This document shows, in pieces, positions 56,813-64,000 of a stretch of 64,000 nt of DNA. A program made the translations under genes and the position numbers. Position 1 is the stretch's first letter. The number at the start of each line of letters is the position of its first letter. The notes beneath the pieces are model-generated. The model was not told the DNA's origin and searched no databases. It was given only the letters and a program-made list of their open reading frames with translations. The stretch comes from Candidatus Wolframiiraptor sinensis (GTDB lineage Archaea; Thermoproteota; Nitrososphaeria_A; Caldarchaeales; Wolframiiraptoraceae). The stretch spans positions 30,258 to 94,257 of the forward strand of contig JALNKA010000001.1 in the NCBI GenBank assembly GCA_023261815.1, written 5' to 3'.

Positions 56813-58340
56813 CCTCCATCAACCCGCTTATCATCATCCCGAGTTTCTCGACAGTTATCTCCGATGGCCTGTACGTCCCGAGTATCCTCCTATTCGCGAA
56901 TGCCGAGACCCTATCGCAGACTTCAAGCAGCTCCCTGAGATTCGGCGAGAATATTATCGTCGTCAAGCCCCTCCGCCTCCTCTCCAAAACCATGTCGAAG
57001 AATAGCTTGACCCCGCGGGGATCCAGGCCGACTGTCGGGTGAAGGGCTATCAGAAGCTTATCCCATCTTCCCAGCACCCTTCCTATGTAGGTTCTCTGCA
57101 TGTTCCCGCCCGAGAGCGTCTCAACCTGATCTCTCAAATTCCTCAAGATTATCTGGAAATCGCCCGCAAGCCTTTCGGCGATCCTCCTCCTCTTATCCGG
57201 GTCGAGGAATATGCCGCGCGAGAAGAGGTGCTCGCTCCCTATCGTGAGATTATCCTCTATGCTTGCCCCGAGGATTAGTCCGTCGCGTATTCTATCATCC
57301 GAGAGGAACCCCGCGCCGCGCCTCCTGAGCTCAGCCGCGCAGAGGCCGGTAACATTCTCTCCGAACAATATTACCCTCCCACGGGCGGGCTTCCTGATAC
57401 CGTAAATGCACTCCGCCAGCTCCTTCTCCCCGGTTCCGGGCACAGCTGCTATCCCGTGAATCTCGCCCTCGAACACCTCGAGCTCGAGGCCCTCGACAAC
57501 AATCTCGCCCCTATCATTCACGACTGTGAGATCCTCGAGCTTCAGGGCGCTCCTCCCGATACATGGCATCGGCCTCTCAATTTCACTGGACGGCTTGAAG
57601 TATTCCACCTCCTCGAACATGCTTCTGATCAGGTCCTCGAGCTCGGCGCTCCTCGAATCAAATCTCGAGACTATCCTTCCTTTAACCATGACGAGAATCT
57701 CATCAACGGCCTCGATCAGGTCGGAGAGATCATGGGAGATCATTATCACGGTGTAGCCGCGCTCCGTCAGCGCCTTTAGGTGCTCGCTCAGCCTCCTCTT
57801 CTGCGGAGCCGGAAGATACGCCATGCTCTCATCCAGGATTAAGACCGGCCTCCTACCAGCCTCGCGGAGGATCTCGCAAAGCATCAGTGCTCGAATGATC
57901 TCGAATATCCTCAGCTGACCTATTGGAAGCCTTTCCGCGGGCTGATCCAGATCAAGCTTGATCTCGAGCTCCCCGGCTATCCTCTTCGCCCTTCTCCCAA
58001 CCTCCTCTAAATCCGGTATTAGGCGTGGGTAGAGGAGTGCGAGCTGCTCCAAGAGAGTTAAAGCCGGAACAAGGTTCGGGTGCTGCTCAACCTTCACGAC
58101 ACCGGCCTCAACGACCGCCTGATGATATTCCTCGATCCTCACGCCATTGACAAAAACATCCCCGCGATCAGGCCTCAAGTACCCGGAGATGATGTTCGTT
58201 AATGTCGATTTTCCAGCTCCATTGGGTCCAACGAGGCCATATGCTCTCCCGCCATCGAGCTCTAGGCTGATGTCATTTAATGCTATGGCGCCTCCGACGA
58301 AGGTTTTGCTCACGTTCTTCAGCCTGATCGCGGGGTTCAT
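56799..58340 (-). CDS. ABC importer ATPase with duplicated nucleotide-binding domains (YufO/RnsA-like)
   Basis: 513 aa. N-terminal NBD Walker A GPNGAGKST. Second degenerate NBD with LSGGNMQR. Confidence 0.85.
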   Translation of the reverse strand: MNPAIRLKNVSKTFVGGAIALNDISLELDGGRAYGLVGPNGAGKSTLTNIISGYLRPDRGDVFVNGVRIEEYHQAVVEAGVVKVEQHPNLVPALTLLEQLALLYPRLIPDLEEVGRRAKRIAGELEIKLDLDQPAERLPIGQLRIFEIIRALMLCEILREAGRRPVLILDESMAYLPAPQKRRLSEHLKALTERGYTVIMISHDLSDLIEAVDEILVMVKGRIVSRFDSRSAELEDLIRSMFEEVEYFKPSSEIERPMPCIGRSALKLEDLTVVNDRGEIVVEGLELEVFEGEIHGIAAVPGTGEKELAECIYGIRKPARGRVILFGENVTGLCAAELRRRGAGFLSDDRIRDGLILGASIEDNLTIGSEHLFSRGIFLDPDKRRRIAERLAGDFQIILRNLRDQVETLSGGNMQRTYIGRVLGRWDKLLIALHPTVGLDPRGVKLFFDMVLERRRRGLTTIIFSPNLRELLEVCDRVSAFANRRILGTYRPSEITVEKLGMMISGLMEVARA

Positions 58341-58362
58341 GGATCTCTACACCCGGCTTTCA

Positions 58363-59601
58363 CTACTTCTTGAGCTTTCCAGCTCTCCGCGCCAATACGA
58401 CTATCGCTGCCGCCTCGATCACGGCGACGGCCGCTAGTATGTATGCCGCTATCTCGAGGACCTGGGCTGGCTGCTGGGGGGCCGCTCCGCCGGCTTGCTG
58501 AAGCTCGGGCCAAACCTGCTCCGGCGGCAGCTCTATTATCGGGACCCAGGTCATGCCGCTCCTAATCTTATCCTCCCACTCCTTAACCAGGCTCAGGATC
58601 TCATCATTGAGCGGCGGGCTCGGCTCCCCGAAGTGGTGGAAGGGCGCGAGATAAGAGCCGTCAAAGCTCATCCACGAGTATGTTCCGAGGTTGTCGGCGG
58701 TAAATGATCCGGATAAGACTCTCTCGAAGACGACCCTGACGGTTGGCCTCATATCCCATACCAGGCTCGTTATCGTTACCTCGGGCGCTCTCTCATACTG
58801 GTCGGCTATGTTCCCGATAACCCAGACCTCCTTGCCCCCGGCGTAAGCCTCCCTCGCAGCTTCCTCCGCGCCAACCCTCTCTGCGAAGATCACGTCGACG
58901 CCGCTGTCTATCAGGGTCTTCGCAAGCCTCTTAGCCGTCGCCGGATGATACCACGGCGACTCGCCGGGCGGTATATTGCCGAGCAAATAGACGACCTTGA
59001 CCTCGACATTCGGGTTAACAGTCTTGGCGCCGTGAATGAAGGCATTCACGATCCTATTCACTTCGTTTATAGGCATCGCGGCAACCACGCCTATCTTGTT
59101 CGTCTTTGTTATCTTCCCAGCTATTATCCCGGCGAGGAACGCGGGCTGATGAAGCCAGTTATCGAAGACGGCGAAGTTCGGCGGGGTCGGGGAGTACTCG
59201 CTTCCAGCGGCGAAGGCCACGTGCGGGAAGTCCTTGGCGACCCTCCTAGCGATATCCTCCTTCAGGAAAGCGTCGAGAAAGACTACGTCAGCGACCTTAG
59301 CCGCATCCCTAAGCGCCAGCTCATACTCCTTAGGATCTTGCTTCCTGTCCACAAACCGGTAATCAACCTCTATGCCCTTAGCCCTATACTCCTCAGCGAC
59401 AGCCAAGATCGCTTGGTGAATAGCGCCATCCCAAGGCTCGCTCACAGGCGTCTGGAAGACAGCCCTGACAACGAGCTTTCCGCGAGCTTTCTGACACTCG
59501 GCAGCGGTCAGCGATAATCCCGCGAGAGCGATGCAGAGCGAAAGAATCAAGGCGAGAAACACGAAGGCTCTCGCCGCAAAACTCCTACTTGCTCGGGGCA
59601 T
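58363..59601 (-). CDS. BMP-family (PnrA/Med-like) substrate-binding protein with C-terminal membrane anchor
   Basis: Signal peptide, periplasmic-binding fold, and C-terminal TM AAYILAAVAVIEAAAIVVLARR, typical of archaeal binding proteins. Confidence 0.8.
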   Translation of the reverse strand: MPRASRSFAARAFVFLALILSLCIALAGLSLTAAECQKARGKLVVRAVFQTPVSEPWDGAIHQAILAVAEEYRAKGIEVDYRFVDRKQDPKEYELALRDAAKVADVVFLDAFLKEDIARRVAKDFPHVAFAAGSEYSPTPPNFAVFDNWLHQPAFLAGIIAGKITKTNKIGVVAAMPINEVNRIVNAFIHGAKTVNPNVEVKVVYLLGNIPPGESPWYHPATAKRLAKTLIDSGVDVIFAERVGAEEAAREAYAGGKEVWVIGNIADQYERAPEVTITSLVWDMRPTVRVVFERVLSGSFTADNLGTYSWMSFDGSYLAPFHHFGEPSPPLNDEILSLVKEWEDKIRSGMTWVPIIELPPEQVWPELQQAGGAAPQQPAQVLEIAAYILAAVAVIEAAAIVVLARRAGKLKK

Positions 59602-59745
59602 ATTGGATGATGTTCAAGGCCTCATTTAACTATTCCCGAGCATTAGGGCCGAAGATATATTGCTCGAAAACACCCGGATATGAACCGCGCGGAGAATCCT
59701 CCAGAAAGAAGATTTTTAAGAAGCCGGTAGAATAATGAAGAAACG

Positions 59746-59817
59746 GCCCCGGTAGCTCAGCGGGAGAGCGCCCGGCTGAAGACCGGGTTGTCGTGGGTTC
59801 AAATCCCACCCGGGGCA
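59746..59817 (+). tRNA. tRNA-Phe (anticodon GAA)
   Basis: Manual cloverleaf: acceptor GCCCCGG/CCGGGGC, D arm GCUC-AGCGGGA-GAGC, anticodon stem CCCGG/CCGGG with loop CUGAAGA, T arm GUGGG-UUCAAAU-CCCAC, discriminator A. Confidence 0.9.
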
Positions 59818-60408
59818 CTATCTATATTTTGCGCAATTTGTCAATGCTTCTGGCATTATCTCGTGTTTTGCCGGCGAGTTGAGAGGAAAAGGAGGTAGGG
59901 ATTAGGGAAGCGTCTTCTTTTCTTCAGCGCTTCCTCGGGCTCTCATGCTTGTAGATTATGGTAAATACAATTCTTCGATAGAATTCGAGTTGGCTTCTCG
60001 CTCTGGCGCGGATGTAATAGATTTCGTTTCCTTTGGTATATTCGCCTTGTCCTCAGGCACACTTCTGGGCGTTCCCTTCTTTGCGAGGGGATGTGGACGG
60101 CATCTCTATTCCCGGATCAGGTCTCGCTTATTACATCCTACTTCGCTCATCAGCTGACGGCATCCTTATCAATTGATAGACTTCGGTTTTCGTCGCTCTC
60201 TTAAAAGTCCACATGATTCAGAAAGAATTTAGAGGGGTTACTGGCTCAAGCTTCTATCGCGAGAATTATCCTTGGTAATAGAGTTCTAAACTGGCGGGCG
60301 GCCAGCATCAAATATCGTTGCCTATTGGGTGCCTGAGGCTAAATAATCGTAAAATGTTTGTGGATCATGTTTAAAACAGGAGCTCATGGAAATTGAGGTG
60401 GATCTGCC

Positions 60409-61209
60409 GTGCGCCTAGGGCTCAGGATCATCGTATTGATAAAACAGGTTCCCGATATTGAGAAAGTTAGGTTTGACGTGGAGACCGGGAGAATTGATAG
60501 AAGCTCAGCGCCCGCCGAGACGAATCCATTCGATCTCCACGCCTTGGAAGCTGGGCTGCAGATCAAGGAAAAGCTCGGCGGCTCGGTCACGGTCATCAGC
60601 ATGAGCCCAAGGCAAGCGGAATCATCGCTTAAAGATGCTTTGGCCAGAGGCGCTGATAGAGCAATCTTGCTGACTGATACGAGGCTGGCTGGAGCTGATA
60701 CAATAGCCACCGCGAAGGCCCTCGCCGCGGCCATCAGAAAGCTCGGAGAATTCGACTTGATCCTATGCGGCGAGAAGACAGTTGACGGGGATACGGGGCA
60801 AGTTGGCCCAGAGGTGGCTGAGCTCCTCGGAATACCTCATGCGGCCTACGTCTGCGAGATCAGGGAAATCACCCATGAATGGATCAAAGTGGTCTCAGAT
60901 ATGGGTGACAAGTACCTTTATGAGCTTAAGCTTCCAGCCCTCTTGACTGTTACTAGAGAGCTCAACTCGCCGAGGCTACCAACACTGAAAGATCTTCTCA
61001 GGGCTAAGCGCTCTCAAGTGGAGGTTTGGACCGCCGACGACCTCTCCGAATATGTTCCACTGGATCAGCTGGGCTTCCAGGGATCCAAGACCAGGGTCGT
61101 TAAAGTCGTGATACCGAGCACAGAGCATAGAAGGGGTATTATGCTGAGAGGCGATGAGGCGGTCGAGAAAATCGGGATGATAATCCTGAGCGAGGTGCTT
61201 GGAAAATGA
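60409..61209 (+). CDS. etfB: Electron transfer flavoprotein beta subunit (FixA/LctB-like)
   Basis: IIVLIKQVPD, NPFDLHALEAG, ILCGEKTVDGDTGQVGP, C-terminal GFQGSKTRV. Confidence 0.9.
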   Translation: MRLGLRIIVLIKQVPDIEKVRFDVETGRIDRSSAPAETNPFDLHALEAGLQIKEKLGGSVTVISMSPRQAESSLKDALARGADRAILLTDTRLAGADTIATAKALAAAIRKLGEFDLILCGEKTVDGDTGQVGPEVAELLGIPHAAYVCEIREITHEWIKVVSDMGDKYLYELKLPALLTVTRELNSPRLPTLKDLLRAKRSQVEVWTADDLSEYVPLDQLGFQGSKTRVVKVVIPSTEHRRGIMLRGDEAVEKIGMIILSEVLGK

Positions 61210-62189
61210 GCAGGAGGGGAATACTGGTTTACGCGGAGACTATTGGCTCGGAAATCCACCCCGTAACCTTTGAGCTCATCGGAAAGGCGAGAGAACTGGC
61301 CGAAAAACTCGATCTAGAGGTCTGGAGCACCATTCTGGGTTATGGGATCGCGGATAAGGCGGCTGAGCTGATATATCATGGCGCCGATAAGGTATACGTC
61401 TATGATGATGAGCGCCTGCGTGATCTAAATGTGATAGCGCACAAGAGCGTGCTCGTGGAGCTGGCTAAAGAGATTGAGCCCGAGATATTCCTGCTGGGCG
61501 CCACGCCGTGGGGGCGAAGCCTAGCTCCAAGAATCGCCGCAGCACTGGATACGGGCCTAACGGCCGACTGCATAGACCTGCAAATCGACAAGGATGGCGA
61601 GCTCTTACAGATAAGGCCGGCATTCACCGGAAACATCCTAGCTCACATAAAGACATCCAGCAGGCCGATAATGGCCACAATAAGATATAGAGTTATGAAA
61701 ATGCCTCAACGCGACCCAAGCAGAAAAGGAGAAATAATAATTCGAAAATTCAATGATGTAGATTGCGACGGCATAAAATGCTTGGGGAAAGTATCTGAGA
61801 GAAGAATAAACCTTGCCGACGCGGAGGTAGTGGTCGCCGGGGGAAGAGGATTGAAAAAGAAGGAGGATCTAGTGCTTCTAGAGGAGCTCGCGAATCTGCT
61901 CGGCGGCGTCGTCGGAGTCAGCAGGCCTCTCGTGGAGGAAGGCTGGATCTCCAAGGATCATCAAGTAGGATTCAGCGGAAACGTGGTAAAGCCAAAACTA
62001 TACATAGCCTGCGGAATATCCGGCTCGCCACAGCACCTAGCAGGCATGAGGGACTCAGGCATGATAATAGCAGTAAACAGCGATCCATCAGCGCCAATAT
62101 TCAGGCATGCGGACTATGGAGTGGTCGCTGACCTTTACGAATTCATCCCAAAACTAATCCTCTTATTGAAGAATCGGAAGGAAATGTGA
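61206..62189 (+). CDS. etfA: Electron transfer flavoprotein alpha subunit (FixB/LctC-like, no ferredoxin domain)
   Basis: GRGLKKKEDL, VGVSRPLVEEGW, QVGFSGNVVKPKLYIACGISGSPQHLAGM. ATGA overlap with etfB. Confidence 0.9.
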   Translation: MSRRGILVYAETIGSEIHPVTFELIGKARELAEKLDLEVWSTILGYGIADKAAELIYHGADKVYVYDDERLRDLNVIAHKSVLVELAKEIEPEIFLLGATPWGRSLAPRIAAALDTGLTADCIDLQIDKDGELLQIRPAFTGNILAHIKTSSRPIMATIRYRVMKMPQRDPSRKGEIIIRKFNDVDCDGIKCLGKVSERRINLADAEVVVAGGRGLKKKEDLVLLEELANLLGGVVGVSRPLVEEGWISKDHQVGFSGNVVKPKLYIACGISGSPQHLAGMRDSGMIIAVNSDPSAPIFRHADYGVVADLYEFIPKLILLLKNRKEM

Positions 62190-62473
62190 GAGAAGCGTGC
62201 AAAATATCACGCTCATGCCACGCATTATCGGTGAAACAAACTCATAGTCTCAGGAAGGCCGAGCGGAGCATAGCTTTGATCTTTGCAGTATAAGGAGGTT
62301 CGGCGAGAAATATTTGAGCGGCACTCTCTTTCCTTTCAATAGAATCTGGCAATAAGTTCGCTGAGGATCGGCTCTAGAATAAATTAAGGATTAAAGCAGG
62401 ATGCCGGAGAGCGCAAACTTGGCACAGCCAAGATTTTTATGAAACCTCTCCTTAACTTAGCCGAATCTAGATC

Positions 62474-63850
62474 ATGAGAGAAAAGATTGTGAGGGAGCTC
62501 GAGTCCATAGTTGGAGCTGAATGGGTTGTATCCGCTGAAGAGGCCGTTGAGGGATACCTGTATGATGAGACCCCCATACCTGTCAGGCCGGAGGCGAGTA
62601 GTGATGTCATCGTGGTTAAGCCGGGGAGCGCGGAGGAAGTATCGAGAATACTTGTTCTGGCGAATAAGCATGGTGTTCCAGTGTTCCCTAGAGGCGGTGG
62701 AACGGGCCTTGCTGGAGCATGCATCCCGACGGTGAGCGGAATAATTTTATCGCTTGAGCGCATGAACAAGATAATAGTTGACGTTGATAACTTAATGGCC
62801 GAGGCGGAGGCCGGGGCGACACTCAGGGATCTTATAGACGCGGCGGATAAGGCTGGCTTATCATTCCCGCTTCACCCCGGGGATGAGGGCGCCCAGATCG
62901 GCGGGCTGATAGCGTGCAATGCCGGCGGTGCCAGAGCGATAAAAACGGGCGTAATGAGGAGCTGCATTAAGGGCCTGGAGCTAGTTCTACCAACCGGAGA
63001 GATAATTAGACTCGGTGGAAAAGTCTTGAAAAATAATGTTGGCTATGATCTAATGCATCTGGTGATCGGGAGCGAGGGGACGCTGGGGATAATAACTAGG
63101 GCATGGATAAGATTGCAGCCTAGGAGTGCTGCATCAGCTACCATAGTAATTCCTTTTGAGAGGCGGGAGGATGCCTTGAAGATTGTTCCAGAAATATTTC
63201 GCCGGGGGATAATCCCCTTAGCGGTGGAGTATGTTGAGAGGGTTCTCGTTGAGAGGGTTGGAAGTAACCTTGGGCTAAAATGGCCGTGCACATCAGCCGA
63301 GTATCAGCTGATAGTGATACTATCCGAGAATTCGGAGGATGCTCTCTTGGGCGCTTTGGAGAGTCTTCTTGAGCTTTGCAATTCATCCGGAGCCCTTGAG
63401 CCCGTTGTCGCGGAAACCAGAAAGGAGCAGGATGAAATCCTTAGGATTAGGAGCGAGATATACTCCATTTTGAAGCCCGATATGGTCGATATACTCGATG
63501 TGTCCGTCCCGCCCGCAAGCCTGATAGATCTTATAAGGACCGTAAATGAGCTGGAGATTAGATATCGCGTCTATATGCCTGTTTATGGGCATGCGGGGGA
63601 TGGGAACCTCCATATACACTTGATGAAATGGGATGGATGGACTAAGGAGAAATACGATGAGCTTAGGGACGCGATTTACGCCAAGGCCATAGAGCTCGGG
63701 GGAACTATAACCGGCGAGCATGGAATAGGATTCATCAGGAGAAAGTACCTTGAAAGGGTGCTGGACCGGAGGACCATCGAGCTGATGAGGGCCATTAAGC
63801 GGATCTTCGATCCAAACAATATCATTAATCCCGACAAGGTTTTCCCCTAA
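62474..63850 (+). CDS. glcD: FAD-linked oxidase (GlcD / D-lactate dehydrogenase family)
   Basis: FAD_binding_4 motifs VFPRGGGTGLAG, NAGG and GSEGTLGIIT. C-terminal GEHGIG...DPNNIINPDKVF. Confidence 0.85.
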   Translation: MREKIVRELESIVGAEWVVSAEEAVEGYLYDETPIPVRPEASSDVIVVKPGSAEEVSRILVLANKHGVPVFPRGGGTGLAGACIPTVSGIILSLERMNKIIVDVDNLMAEAEAGATLRDLIDAADKAGLSFPLHPGDEGAQIGGLIACNAGGARAIKTGVMRSCIKGLELVLPTGEIIRLGGKVLKNNVGYDLMHLVIGSEGTLGIITRAWIRLQPRSAASATIVIPFERREDALKIVPEIFRRGIIPLAVEYVERVLVERVGSNLGLKWPCTSAEYQLIVILSENSEDALLGALESLLELCNSSGALEPVVAETRKEQDEILRIRSEIYSILKPDMVDILDVSVPPASLIDLIRTVNELEIRYRVYMPVYGHAGDGNLHIHLMKWDGWTKEKYDELRDAIYAKAIELGGTITGEHGIGFIRRKYLERVLDRRTIELMRAIKRIFDPNNIINPDKVFP

Positions 63851-63854
63851 CTTA

Positions 63855-64000
63855 TCAGCGTTCAAGAAGCTTGTCAAAGTATTCTAGTGCTCTCTCGAAA
63901 TATCTCCTATCGATTCTGCCGATCGGCGTCTCGGTGTTGTAGAGGCGTTCTGGAACCCTGATTTTCGCGGCCGAGAAGCCTTCATTCTTCTTAATCCTCT
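63855..64000 (-). CDS. C-terminal end of an unidentified protein; 5' part lies outside the window
   Basis: Open to the window edge. Manual translation: ...RIKKNEGFSAAKIRVPERLYNTETPIGRIDRRYFERALEYFDKLLER, stop TGA at 63857..63855. Protein-like composition, no family recognised. Confidence 0.4.
   Translation of the reverse strand, partial: RIKKNEGFSAAKIRVPERLYNTETPIGRIDRRYFERALEYFDKLLER

Noticed and set aside
59630-59818. 62-aa ORF on the minus strand.
   Set aside because: It overlaps tRNA-Phe (59746..59817) almost entirely, and its translation is the reverse complement of the tRNA.
1-64000. CRISPR arrays, cas genes, transposases/IS elements, integrases, toxin-antitoxin pairs, restriction-modification or other known defence modules.
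   Set aside because: Inspection of all intergenic regions showed no regularly spaced direct repeats. No ORF had the corresponding motifs. The only AbrB-type domain is fused to a membrane protein and has no adjacent toxin gene.

Overview
This is an archaeal chromosomal segment. GC is roughly 52-56% by eye and protein composition is hyperthermophile-style (AGG/AGA-Arg, ATA-Ile, Glu/Lys-rich). Archaeal markers include eS30, S4e, L32e, L19e, L40e, Alba, Nop5 and the ADH-synthase/DHQ-synthase-II shikimate entry. A PPi-type PFK signature suggests TACK/Thermoproteota affinity. No database search was possible, so every call rests on motif recognition in the supplied translations plus manual reading of the DNA.

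Content, left to right:
- aroB'/aroA'.
- A large anchored surface protein broken into 5 ORFs.
- A type IV pilus-like operon: prepilin, FlaI/PilB ATPase, TadC/FlaJ, and an unusual TM/multi-Zn-ribbon protein.
- moaE/moaD, family-4 UDG, deoC.
- A patch of sugar-type genes, several of them disrupted: Gfo/Idh/MocA, a MalK-like ABC ATPase with a 13-bp tandem duplication, and a FucI-like isomerase with a T-run frameshift.
- A divergent homocitrate-synthase-like / isocitrate-isopropylmalate-dehydrogenase pair.
- A P-type ATPase, PPi-PFK and rpe.
- A membrane-spanning coiled-coil protein with a cytoplasmic AbrB domain.
- Two divergent radical SAM genes, argF, nop5, and a nitroreductase.
- An 0.8-kb ORF-poor region.
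- The eS30 + L24...L15-secY ribosomal cluster, followed by a DUF106/YidC-like gene.
- ilvC-leuCDBA and trmB.
- A MacB-type ABC exporter with an inserted 650-aa multi-CARDB surface protein.
- aspS, alba, L40e, tRNA-Val and a hemL-like gene.
- A BMP-family (nucleoside-type) ABC importer and tRNA-Phe.
- An etfB-etfA-glcD (lctBCD-like) cluster.

No CRISPR array, transposase, integrase or recognisable defence system was seen. The most unusual items are the non-random gene disruptions, the pilus-associated Zn-ribbon protein, the TM-anchored AbrB coiled-coil protein, the ABC/CARDB module and the ORF-poor region upstream of eS30.
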